Assembly (NCBI RefSeq): GCF_036321535.1
Contig: NC_087437.1
Coordinates: forward strand, 73,100,001 to 73,164,000
Length of the DNA stretch: 64,000 nucleotides
Direction: 5' to 3'
From: Camelus dromedarius
Taxonomy: Eukaryota
Shown here: positions 1 through 12,155 of the stretch, piece after piece
Numbering within the stretch: position 1 is the first letter of the stretch
Layout of the letters: each line of letters starts with the position of its first letter
Notes under the pieces: model-generated
Databases searched by the model: none
What the model saw: only the letters and a program-made list of their open reading frames with translations
Told to the model about the DNA's origin: nothing
Made by a program: the position numbers and the translations under genes

Positions 1-1949
1 TGTTTCCATACCTAATTGTATTTTTAGAGCTTATAAATATTTCTCCAAAGAAGAAATGATACAGAAAAATATATACGGAAACAATACAGAAAAATATAAA
101 ATATATAAGGATGTATCTGAGAAAGCACCACTCACGAATTATTTTCATTTTTAAAGTGATATGAGATGAATAGTCTTATAGTCTCCCTTTTTGAGAAAGT
201 TATATACAAATATATATATACATTTGTGACTGAATTATAATAATACCAAAATTAATTTATAAATGAAAATAATTATATCATCCCAATATCCTGAAAATCG
301 TATTTCCTTTTATTTACATCTATATAAATCTTGTTTGTATGCATGTATTTTTTCATACTTTGCAATTTTATTTATCAAAAAATGTTACCTACATTTTTAC
401 TTAAAATGTTTTGTATTGTTCTTAAACTACAGTTGGTTGACAATTTTAGAGGCTTTATGTCTTATATACACACCATCATTTGTTTAGTCATTTTCAATAA
501 CTGAATCATGATCTTTCAGTTTGGGTTTTTACTTTATTTAAACAATTACAATCTATGTATTAAGGATCATCCTTAAACTAGCTTTCTTCTGACCATTCAG
601 CTACTTAAGATAAATTCCCAGAAGTATAATTAATGGATCATGGGGTATGAACATTCTTCTTATTAACAGCACATCGGAATATTTCTCAGTTTGAGAATGT
701 TATATCTAGCCTTAGAACTCTGTTGTATTTCAATTTGTCACCAATGTCAGCTGTCCTGATAACTCCTCCTCCCCTTTTCCTTAACTGAAGCCAGCCTTGC
801 CATTAGGGTCCGTCTTCTCTGCATCATTCTCAAAAAGTAGTAGTTATTTATTTTCTTACACCCTTATTTCCTCAAGATCAGGAGGTGGGATCAGTGCCTT
901 CTTCACTCTCTATTGGTGCTTCCAAATATTACTCCAACTCCATAATTTTAAAAACACAACAAAACAAAACAACCCTGTGTCTTTTTTGTCATTTAACTAT
1001 AATGGTACTTCCAAATGTAGTTATTTGTACACCACCATCAATTTTTAATGCCATATTTGCATACTACCATTTATAATATTTAATTTTATTCTTGAAATTA
1101 TTGCAGTTTAAACTGATAGGCACTAATATTTGTGAAGTTGACTGAAATCCACTTGATACGTTAATTATATTTTAATGTGCATTACTCAGATACGTAAGTA
1201 TTAAAATTTTGTAAAGCTTGCCCAGATTCTGGGAAGTTGGCAATACAAGTGGCACAACTTTCTGAAACTCCCTGTAACAGCAGACTAACCAGAGTAGCAA
1301 AACTAAGACCACAAAGGCAATGTCTACGGGAACACTACATAACAATGTATATCACTATTAATAGGTGGGGACAAACCACTAGGCCATGTGGTATCAACAA
1401 CTGTGCAAAAACAAGCAGAGGAAGATCAGCTGGGCTTCTGAAGGGCCTTAGAACTAGAGAATTACCCCTCAAAAAAACAACAGGCAAGCCCTGACAAGAC
1501 AGGCAGACTAATCTGGGAAGAGCAGCAGAAATGGAGAAGGAAGAAGTCTGTAGGCACCAAATTACCAGTGCCTTCAAGGGAAACAAGAAAAGGCTTGTCA
1601 GTGGTGGAGCAGAGGGGACTCTTCAGACTTATCCCAGACTGAGAAGAAATCCCTGGGAGTGGAATCCAAATTAAACAGGATGGGCCCAATAGGAAAAAGC
1701 AAAGAGGCAATTTAGATAAAAGTGAGGGACAGGAGGAAAGGAAGTACATCTCAGAAAGAAAAATGGCACATAATTTACCTTGGAAATAACTGAAGAGAGC
1801 ACTCTAGAGACACAAGCAAAGATAGTGTGGCCCACCCTTTCATGACAAAAATCAAAATGCATTTAACTTAAACATACTTAGATAGAACAATAGAAAAGAG
1901 ATGGGGCAGAATTACGTATAAAGATACCACAAGAAAAAGAATAGAGAAT

Positions 1950-2800
1950 AAAGTAACATTCCTACAACAATAATAGCACATTAGAAAGACATGACTTCAA
2001 AATAAATAAAAACTACAGCCTAATCATTCAAAATGAGCTAACAGGAAGAAAGACAATGATATAACCTATGAAAAATTTTAGATAGACTGGTAAATGAGTC
2101 AGTTGGAGAGAAGAAAGTTTAGATAAGTGAGAGAATTCAGGGAAGGGCTGGAAATAATAAGTTTTGAAAATCATTCCAGAAATTAAGAGCAAACTAGATG
2201 AAGACCAAGAACATATTAACACAAAAGCTAACGCATTAAAAGAAATTTTTAAAAGATAGAATAAGGGAAATTTTAAAGTGAAATAAGGTAATAAATAATG
2301 AATTTTAAAAGAAAAAAGAGGTAAAAGAGATTCAAAGAAAGAGACAAGCAAAGAAGATAAAAATGTTTAATAGAAGATACTAAAGGAAATAATAGAAAAA
2401 ATACTAAAAATTATAATTCAGGTAAAATATCTTAAGATAAAATGACTAAAAAATACATATTAAAAGATTATACTGCAAAAGTAGGCAAATAGGCTCAGAA
2501 CAGACATTAAGCATATTCTTATAAAAGTATTAAACAAGGCCAGATGTGGGAAAGAAAATCAAATTGTTATTAGCTTTTTGACAGCAATTCTTTATGTTAG
2601 AAAATAATAAGGTAACATATTTAATATACTCATGGAAAGAAAATGTGAGTGAAGGATGTTATATTCAGTCTTTAATATAAAGACTATGTTAAATCTGTTG
2701 CATCATGTAAGGACTCAGGGACTGTTGCCTTTGTGAGCACTCCCTGAGGATCCTGCAGTAGAATACATTTCAAACTGAAGAGGCATTTACATAAAGGCTG
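1950..2800 (+). mobile_element. Ancient HAL1/L1M ORF1-type remnant
   Basis: A-rich degenerate ORF1-like sequence. The segment 'gcatcatgtaaggactcagggactgttgcctttgtgagcactccctgaggatcc' resembles the HAL1 ORF end. Confidence 0.55.
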
Positions 2801-3059
2801 GGGGTAAGTGAGGAATGTGTATTTACCTTTAGCACTAAGAATAAATAATTGTTTTAAAAGAGTAGTAATGAACATGTATTTTAAAATAAAGATACAATAT
2901 AAGAATCAAAAACAGGGTTGGGGGGGGCACTTGAAGGACTCCTGGCTTTGGGGCCATGAAGATGTCAGTGGAAAAAAACTGTGTAAAACTGAGCAAATGT
3001 GTTAAAAAACCACCATGAAAACTGACCAAGGCAAATATTTAATTAAGAAGCATTTCTTC

Positions 3060-4839
3060 TTGAAAAACCACTAGAGTGTCAGTAAGAATTGTAGGAGTCT
3101 TTAGCCTTCTTGCTTACAGATCCTTCCATCCCTTGCCTTGGTTGGTGAGAAAAGATAGTTTCCCCATCTTGCAGCTGGCTACAAAACCCAGCAGCTTTCC
3201 TTCCAAAAGGGGCAGACTTAAATTAGGTCTGAGCATGAAAATCCTTCTGTCTGTCAACTAACAGGAACGAGCTTGGTCAGAAACAAATAGAGAAAAGCTG
3301 ACGCTTGGTTAGCTTGGATTTGCAGTCCCACTGTGGGTGAAGGGCAGACCAGAGAGACATTTAACATGGGGATTCTAGAAATTAGAGGGTCATAAACTAG
3401 CTGAGATAAATTCCCTACATGTCCCAAGCTGACTGGGAAAATATACACACGAGTGGGGGAGACCTGAAAGAGCCCAGTAAAAAGTAAGAGCCAAGGGAGA
3501 CGAGATGGTATTACTGTCTTCAACTCTGAATGCACTCCCTAACTCCCTCCCACACACAGCTATGTGTAGAGGGTGGAAGCCTAATGGACTTGAAGTATTT
3601 GAGCACAATTTTTGCCAAATTCATCTGTGGACCAATAAAGGGGTTTTGTCAATATACAGGAACTCCTTGGAAGCCAAACTAATATCATAAGAATTATATA
3701 GTAAAAAGCCAAGCAGAGATAATGAAGGTTACACACTGCAAAGGAGACAGATTTTGCAATTTAAATATGGGTAAGTTACCAAAATTTAAAAAAAAAATCA
3801 GTATCTAGTGTTGTCACATTATGTTTTTTTGTTGTTTTTTAATGTCTAGTTTTCAACAAACAATGATGACATATGAAGGAAACAGGAAAGTGAAATCCAT
3901 ACTCAGGAAAAAAGCAGTTCATTGAAACTGATTCTCGTAGACCCTACATTGGATTTAGCAGACTTCAAAGCAGCTATTGTAAGTAGGTGCAAAGGATGAA
4001 AGCAAAATGTGATGACAATGAATCAATACGTAGGAAATTTTAGTGAAGAAATAGAAAACTATAAAATAAACCAAATGATTATTTTAAAGTTGAAAAGTCA
4101 ATAATGAAAATGCAAAATTCACTAGAGATTCTCAACAGCCAATTTGAGATGGCAGGAGAAAAAAAATCAGAATATCTGAATAAGGATTAATATAAATTTT
4201 CTAATCTGAAGAACAGAGAGAAAGGATTGAAGAAAAATGAACATGTAGGATAATGTCAAGTGCCCTAACATATATGTAGAGTAGAGTCATAGAAGAAGAG
4301 ATGAGAGGATGACAAATATTTGAAGAAACAATGGCCAAAAACTTCATATTTGATTTTTTAAAAATTTCCCCAAATTAATCTACACATCCAAGCATTTTAA
4401 AACCTAAGTAAGATAAATACAAAGAGACACCCACCTAGGCATATCATAATCAAACTGCTAAAAACCTAAACAAAGAGAAAAGTACGAAAGCAGTGACTGA
4501 AACCAGCAAGAAAAAACTGCCAGATTTATCGAATGGAGGGACTAGTAATAGAACTGTTGGCTCACGTCTCACTGGGAACAGTGCCGCTCAGAAGACATAT
4601 TCAATACGCTGAAAGGAAATGCAGTCCACTAAGTATTCTACATTCAGTGAAACTATCCTTCAAAAATAAAAATGGAAAAAAAAACCCTGAGAGAATTTGT
4701 GGCAAGTAGATTTATCTTATATGAAATTCTAAAGTAAGTCCCTCAGGCTGAAAGGAAATGACACCAAATAGTAACTTCACTCCACGGGAGGGAGTGAAAA
4801 GCACAGAAAATGGTAAATATATGAGTCAATATAAAAGAC

Positions 4840-4870
<31 letters not shown>

Positions 4871-4940
4871 TCTTCTCAGTTTCTTTGAAAACATGAAATT
4901 CTTTAAACTATGAACAGTAGCACTGTTCTGTTGGGTTTAT
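3060..4940 (+). mobile_element. Old L1M 5'UTR/ORF1 remnant
   Basis: Typical L1M ORF1 segments: 'aatgtctagttttcaacaaa...gaaacaggaaagtgaaatccatactcaggaaaaaagcag', 'cacccacctaggcatatcataatcaaactgctaaaaac', 'gtgaaactatccttcaaaaataaa'. Confidence 0.8.
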
Positions 4941-5189
4941 TATGTGAGATCATTCATGTGTCTGCTTCTTTTTCTATTTTCTTTTTTTTTTTTTTTCCAC
5001 AACTTTCACCTCCCTTCCCTTTGGTGTTATTGTCAATAATAGCACAATATATATTCTTTATATATGTAATATATAATAAACTGCATATATAATTTATTAT
5101 ATAATACACATATATAATAAAATAATAACAAAAGGAAGGGATGTGCTAGAGCAAGTTGTGAAAAAAAAAAAAGAAAAAATAGAAACATT

Positions 5190-6380
5190 GGAGTAATCCA
5201 AGAAGGACATTGAAATAACTCTTTTTAACACATTCAAAAATAGAGAAAAAGATGAATGGAAATTTCATTCATCAAAGCATTAAAAATCTATCAAAAACAA
5301 TAACTTAAAAACATAGTATCAGAAATTAAGGACAAATTTGATGAGGTTGAAAACTTACAGGATATCATGAAAAAGAAGATTTGTGAACTGGAAAATAGGT
5401 CAATAGAAAATTTCTAAACTGAACAACAGAAAGGGAAAAAAAAGAAATACAGGAAAAAAGCATTAGGATTAATAAAAATATATTTAGGCACAATTTTTTA
5501 AACTAGAAACCTAACATCACAAATTTAAATGCTAATTAAAAAAAGCAAGCGTTAGGAATAACATGAGTGAACTTCTGTATAATCTGGGAATGGGGAAAGC
5601 TTTCCTTAATTGTGACTCAAAATTAGAACCAATAAGGAAAAAGACTGATAGATTTTATTTCATAAAAGTAAGAATTACACGCATGGGAAACAATGTCATG
5701 AGAAAGTAAGGAGAGATGCCGAACTGAGAAAATATTTGCAACTTCTATGACAAAGGGTTAATAGATTTTACATGGGGGACATTTTCAGCCTAATAAGGAT
5801 AACAAATTAAAACTCATTAATATGTTTAAATTCATATGAATTCTTGATACTTAACACAAATACTTATTGGTCACCTAAGAATGTTAGTGAATCAACTCAT
5901 TTTTAAAATTGGTAAATCAAGGGAAAGAATCATGTGTCTATTCTGCTTTTCTTATATAAACTGTACATCTAGTAAGTAATTGGTTCATGAGAGGAAGTTT
6001 CTGTTTATAAGAATACTTCGGCTACTAAATGAAGGAATGATAGAATTAGAATATCACTATTTGGCAACCCATAACGAAGGAGTGGATTTGGGCAACACCC
6101 ATCAGTGGCTGTTAACATTACACAACCAGACGTTATGTACCTCTGATGTAACTATACAACATCATCTACGAAACAGCCTTGTCAAAAAATAAAAATAAAA
6201 ACCTTAATGTGATCAAATTTGTATATCTAACTAAAAGTGAAAAAGAAAAATGGAGGTATCATGAGATATAAAAGCAAAATCCAGGCTGTGAGTAATTCTA
6301 CAAGACAAACAATCAAATTTGCTCAACAAATACACTGTAAAAGAGAAAAAAGAAATGTAAGACACCCTTCAGATTAAAAG
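5190..6380 (+). mobile_element. Fragmented old L1 (ORF1, ORF2 and L1MC/ME-type 3'UTR pieces)
   Basis: 'gaactggaaaataggtcaatagaaaatttctaaactgaacaacag', 'gaactgagaaaatatttgcaac', 'tactaaatgaaggaatgatagaattagaatatcac'. Confidence 0.65.
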
Positions 6381-6384
6381 GGAA

Positions 6385-6720
6385 CAGACTGGTCAGAGGC
6401 AGTGGGTGGGGAGTGGGCAAAATGGGTGAAGGTGATCAAAAGGTACAAACTTCCAGTTAAAGATAAAGAAGTTCTTGGGATGCAATGTTTGCTTGGTGAC
6501 TAAAGTTAAAAATACTGCATCATATGTTTAAAAATTGCAAAGAGACCATACCTTAAAGGTGTCATCGTAAGAAAAAAATTGTCATTGTGTGAGGTGATGG
6601 ATGTTAACCGAACTGACTGTGGTGACCATTTCACAGTGTACACACATATGAAATCATTATATTGTACACCTAAAACTAATATGATGTTGTATGTCAATAT
6701 CGCAATAAAACTAGGGGGAA
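6385..6720 (+). mobile_element. L1 3' end (L1MA9-like, laurasiatherian)
   Basis: 'gggcaaaatgggtgaaggtgatcaaaaggtacaaacttccag...gaggtgatggatgttaac...tgtacacctaaaactaatat...caataaaactaggggg'. Confidence 0.85.
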
Positions 6721-7029
6721 AGGTCAAAGAACAAACAGCCTGAGATTTTCCAAGACTGTATTATCAAGATGATTCTATGCTATTATTCTGTTATCATAAT
6801 CTACACTACTTCTATTACCAGTACTCTTCCTCCTTCACCTACTGCTCCTAATGACAGCATTAACAGCCCTCAAGGTTTTTGTTTTAATCTGGGAAATTAA
6901 AGCCATGTTGTACTTTTATAACTAATCCTAACAACTACACATTTTAAATGCGTTGAAATCTACAATCTGAAGCATTATGGGATCCAGTCGCATTGAATGA
7001 AGGAAACCTGGATTACAATAACCCAAGAC

Positions 7030-7220
7030 TTAATTCAGAGAACTGCGTTTCTTGGAATAACTCGAAAGCTAACCTAAGAGGAAAGTCTGTCAAGTGAAAA
7101 TGAAAACAGAGCAGATGCCATGTTGTGTGTGACAGCTGTGCCCTCATTCACAGTCTCAGAGCACTAGCTCACATGAGGAACAAAAGGAACAGGAAGACGT
7201 CACACCCACCCCTGCCCCTC
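7030..7220. promoter_or_regulatory. Candidate lymphocyte enhancer in CD96 intron 2
   Basis: Tandem GAS sites TTCAGAGAA 7034-7042 and TTCTTGGAA 7049-7057, IRF element GAAAATGAAA 7096-7105, E-boxes at 7112 and 7133, ETS CAGGAAG 7190-7196, GACGTCA 7196-7202, TCACACC 7200-7206. No repeat recognised here. Confidence 0.45.
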
Positions 7221-8169
7221 AGCATCTTCATGTTAGATTCATATATACCACTTCAATTTGCATGTGTTCATGTACTTCACCAGAGTTTGCGCTCTTGTGT
7301 GTTTTGCTTACCTCACTAGCCTGTTAACTTGAAGATCTCCCAGAGATGTGAGAGGGAAATGGCACAAGTGAAAGAAGAAAGTAAAGATCAAAAGAATAAA
7401 GGGGGGAAGGATGTGTCATTAGGTGGGGACTTGACAGCGTTTTCGAGTGACAGCTGCCCCATCAAAGTGTCTACCCCTTAGCTCTAAACCAGGCTTATAT
7501 ATTTAGTCACTCCGCTGTGAAAGAATGTTTTCCCTTTCTGTTTTCCTCTTTTCTATTTTGCTCACTTTGTCCCCAAATACACAGTACCAGAACCATTGCT
7601 CTACCTTTTTTTTTCATCTGGTCCATTTCTCTAGCCATTTTTTTTTTCATCTGGTTCAGCTGACCAACAGCAAGTTTACAATCAGAAGACTGAGAAATTG
7701 CCAACCACAAAGCAGTAGACTTGGCTTCTGCCTCTCCAGTGATTTGTAGTTTTTAGTAGCTACAAGCTTGGCTCCTTTGGGTTGCCCCTTATTTTAAGAA
7801 ATACACTTTCCTTAAAGGCAACACCACTTTCCTTTCTGAATAACATGCTACCTCTTCTTCATTGCTGCCTTTATGTTGAGCCATTCCCACATGCTACTTC
7901 CTATAGGGCACATCAAATCATGTTGTCGATTCTCCATGAAATAAATATTAGGTCCTCAGATATGCAGTAGCATAGTTTACAGTTTTAGGAAGAAGGTACA
8001 AAACCTTTGTCTAAAGCCCAGGTCAATGTGTACTTGTGCTAATATAGGACACGTGTCTGTTGGGTTCCAAATTAGGCAAATATAAAAAGAGAAGGAGGAG
8101 GACTCATTTTTTAGTAAGACCAGAGAAATCTAGTTCACTCATTATTACTATTAATTTTCTTAGAGAAAA

Positions 8170-8420
8170 CTACCATTTACTAAACCCTTACTCTTTGGGA
8201 GGAACTATGCTAAGTACGCTACACAGATTATCTTATCTAACCATCAAAATATTGGTACCTGTGAAGGAGGTCCTATAATTATCTATATTTGTTGTATCAG
8301 GAAACAAAAACTTAGAGATCTGGATTAACTTGGCAAAGATGATGTATACAGTAAATGACAGAGTCAGCATTCAAATCCAGGCAACCTGGCTCCAAAGTAT
8401 GTGTAGCTGAACATTGTTCT
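8170..8420 (-). mobile_element. MIR SINE
   Basis: Antisense MIR core 'gaaacaaaaacttagagatctggattaacttggcaaag...gacagagtcagcattcaaatccagg'. Confidence 0.7.
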
Positions 8421-8919
8421 ATACAGATTTCCTCATTTCTCTTCACTCAAACCGACCACCCTGCCCCATCCCAAATTGAAATTTTTTTTTCCTGGAAAAC
8501 AGCAGTGGGAATTGAGCATTGTTGAGAAAGAGACAGAGGAGGTCCTGCTCTATACACAGCTGGACTGCCCAACACCAAGGACTTATGTCTTGATGAGAAA
8601 TGGAGAGGAGGTAATAAGCCCACACCTATTGCTTGTCCTGTGCCTTCTTTAGCACAGCCTTCATGAGTTGATTTTTGCTGTTTCTTTCTTATCCTACCAG
8701 GTCACTTTGCCCCTGAATTAAAAACATTCCGTTTCCAGTGCATTTTCCGTTTGTTGGCTTTCATTTCCATCTTTTCCATTAGTATAAATAGAGGTCATTT
8801 ATTTTAGGACCAACTAATTTAGGGTAGCCATTATTTTCATCATTTTCCAGATAGGCTCAAAGAATGCACATGACAGGCTCCAGATGAAATTCATTTCTAG
8901 CCGGAAAGGGGCTAGTGCT

Positions 8920-9866
8920 TTAACCCGATTCCTGTCTCCGAATGCAGCCCTCTACAGCAAGTATGAGTGAATGCCGCCTGTCCAGCAGCCTCCTTGGTAT
9001 CTTTCCCTGCCGTATACTAAATCTATCCAAAGATAGATTGGTAAATTTCCCCCGCAAACCTGTTCTGATTCCTTTGCCTCCCGTCTCCGTGAGTGGCACC
9101 AGCGTTCAGGTGTGCATGCCAGACACATGCGTTTTTTCGCACTCCTTCACTCGTGCTGCCATTGTCCTGTATCCACTCTATTGCCAGGTGCTGTCTGTTT
9201 AATGCCCAAAGCATCAAATTTGTCATCTTCTTTCTATATCTACGCAAACTACCACTCTGTCTCCTCTGGGCTACTGGGATTGTCCAGCTTGTCCCCACCT
9301 TTTCCTTCTTGTCCCCCTTTACTTCATTCTCATACTAAAACCAGCACCATCTTTTTATAATCCAAATTGAATCGGGCTATAAATATTGTGCCATCCTTTG
9401 GCTGAAAATACTTCAATGTTTTCCCATGGCTCTTAGATAACAACCAAGACCCTGAACATGGCTGACAAGGTTCAGCATGATCTGGTCCCTTAGTCCTGCA
9501 CTGTAGTCCCACTGGGTGTAGCTTTTCCCATTTCCTCAAACACACCACAGCCCAGCACACCAGCTGGTCCCTCTCCCTGGGTCACTCACAAACCTCCCAC
9601 CTCCCAAGTGGTGTTAATACCTACTCATTCCTCAGACCTCAGCTCACTTGTTACTTCCCCAGGGTCACTTTCCCTGGCTCTCACAAAGCGGTTGTAGTCC
9701 TTATCACTGTTGTGATTTTACATTTATTTGTGGCATTATTTGATCAATTTCTGTCCTCCTTTCCAGGCAACACCTCTTCTTGCTCAACCGTTCTGTACGT
9801 AGCACCATGCCTAGCACATGCTTGGCTCAGAATACGTATTTGCTGAGTGAATGAGAACTGAATGAA
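8920..9866 (+). mobile_element. L2 LINE 3' region, ending about 35 bp from the exon 2 donor
   Basis: 'aaaatacttcaatgttttcccatggctcttagataacaaccaagaccctgaacatggctgacaagg..catgatctgg' and 3' tail 'tgcctagcacat..tatttgctgagtgaatga'. Confidence 0.8.
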
Positions 9867-9900
9867 CTCATGGCTTCTTTCCCCCACCAGGTATGCTTAC

Positions 9901-10257
9901 CATTTGTCTGAATGAACAGGTTGTAGATTTTGGTCTGAATGCCCTCTGGATACATAGTGAAGCTACACTCGTACTTCCCAGTGAGCGAGGAGGACATGTT
10001 CTTTAAGTGCAGAGTCCACTGTGACACACTGCCAGGAGTTACTCTGAAAGCCACCAGTGACTCACAGCGACTCCTGCTGCCACAGTAGAAGCCATGTTCA
10101 GGATGATAAAGGGCAATCAGGTCTACCTTATTTGTGACCTTGGACCACTGCATCTGCACCAGGAAGCCCTTCTTCCGTGTTTGGCAGGTCAGGCTGACAT
10201 CAGAGCCAGGTAAAGCATAAATGTCTTCTTCTGCATTGAATGTTTCTTCCAATATTC
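9901..10257 (-). CDS. CD96: CD96 coding exon 2, N-terminal IgV domain (D1, CD155/nectin-binding)
   Basis: Acceptor ccttccttttcag|GA and donor AATG|gtaagc; 357 nt, phase 1-1, in frame with exon 1. Peptide GILEETFNAEEDIYALPGSDVSLTC..VQMQWSKVTNKVDLIALYHPEHGFYC..WTLHLKNMSSSLTGKYECSFTMYPEGIQTKIYNLFIQTN has the Ig Cys/Trp/YxC residues and nectin-family AX6G and YP motifs. Corresponds to ORF 9827..10252. Confidence 0.97.
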
Positions 10258-10744
10258 CTGAAAAGGAAGGCCATAAGCCATCAGTTTGCCTGATTCACAT
10301 GGAGTGACTCTTAATGAAAAACCTTGGCTGCTGCTGAGAACTTTCCTCCCTGACTGCCTCAGGGGCAGGAGAGAGCTTGCGCACGATCCAGATAGGGAAC
10401 TGTAAGACTCAACACAAATGAGGAGGCATTTGCTTGAAGACACTAGAGGAAATTATTGACTTTTGAATATCTACTTCTTTGTCTACTGGTCTGTCTGAAA
10501 AATAATTTAAGGTCTCAGACTACCTGGGAATAAAATTAAGCCTATTTAAAAAATCGAAGCCCACCAACAAGCGTATTCCTTACAATGAATATAACTGGCT
10601 TTTTTGTTTATGAATCAACAGCATATAACACACAAATAGTTTTATGAAACTGAAATATAACTAATATGTATACAGCAGTTTTTAAAAAATATGTTTACAA
10701 GAGATTTTAAATAGGCTATTTTTTTTATTCCTCCTCACACACCA

Positions 10745-10865
10745 GAGTGATGCTGTTAACACTCTATCAGAGAGGAAACTGAGGCAAAGAGAGATTAAGT
10801 GATTTGCTCATAGTCACACCTCAGGAAAAGAATATGAATTCGGTTGTCTGTGCTCTTTCTATAAC
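10745..10865 (-). mobile_element. MIR fragment in CD96 intron 1
   Basis: 'gaggaaactgaggcaaagagagattaagtgatttgctcatagtcacac'. Confidence 0.75.
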
Positions 10866-12155
10866 CTTCATGACCTCTGAACTGCCTTCCAAATTGGTTG
10901 AGAAGAGTAAGAAATTTGGCATTCAACATATGAGGCTCAAAAGAGCCACCATTTCCACAGAGTTAGGGTTCCTGAGGGAAGGAGGGAACAAAGAGAGGCA
11001 GAGGCTTCTACTGAAGGTAGGCCATTGGTCAGCATCATCTCTCATCAACACCGAAACACCAGGCATAAAAGAAGACTCTCTCCCATCAGCTCTCGGACCA
11101 AATGGCACAGGACACTTAAAACACGTTCAGCACTGAGTCTTTGACATGCCTTCAATAGTGTAGGTTTCATTTTGGGAATTAACATGGAATACTGTTACAG
11201 GAATGGTATATTATTGTGACAAGTACCACTGAAGCTCACAAAGGAAAAAGATAAAAAGATGACAAGCAACTGAGAAAAAACTAGGCTCTCAAAGGTACCT
11301 GACAAATGGGAATTACTACAATTTTATGGATGCAAAATTTGGGGTAGGCAGAGGTTAGTGCAGTTTAATGTCGCCGCCTGTGCGCTCGCCTTTGCCTGAT
11401 GATATTCCTCTGATCCTGTCTACAGCATTATATTCCAAAGTTTCCTTTGATTTAGAAATTCTCCTTAAAGTCTTTGTCGCTGTATCTGAAAAGCACAGTT
11501 AATTCTTAAGACACTCAGGCTCACTGTAATACTCTCCTACTATGGAATGCAGAATGAATCTTTCCTCCTGCAATTTTCAAATAGGCCCTTCAGGCACCGG
11601 TTCCCACTGTCACAAGGACCCTACTTTGACTCCCAGGTCCAAACCTACACAAGCCTTATTAAAATTCAACATACGTTCAACTCCCAAAGATCTTCGTATT
11701 TGGAGGAGAAGTGCTTATTACGTCCCCAAGAAAAAGTATTTGAGAGAGAGGAAAAGTTGAGCCAGGATCTCTGAGCCTTGATGGCTTTGTGATGTTTTTT
11801 TTTAGTATTCCAGAGTGGTTCTGACTACCATTTGGAGAGCATTTCATTTTTAAGAAGCACAGTTTCCCAATCACTCCAGAGACCCTCTTAGGAAGGAAAT
11901 GGGTGAAAATGTCTCAGAGCAGTGGCTCAAACCACCCATACCATTCTTGTTTTTCATGTCCGTTAGTAATCATTTCTAGATTCTAACGTCTCCCTGATAG
12001 CTGCCACTTAAATACACAACTGAAAAACCTTAGTAACAATCTGCCTTTGGTGATCAATTTCAGCAGCAGTCACAAAGCATTTTAAATGAACAGAGGCCCC
12101 CTTCCCCGTAAAGCAGCCGATGTGACAAGAAAGGACAAACGGAAGGAAGCCTTAC

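Noticed and set aside
1950..6720. All recognised intronic L1 remnants are antisense to CD96
   Set aside because: This is the known genome-wide bias against sense-oriented intronic L1, so it is not novel.
9827..10252. 141-aa ORF as a stand-alone single-exon gene
   Set aside because: It starts at TTG inside CD96 exon 2 and reads through the splice donor. It is an internal exon, with the true ATG at 12216.
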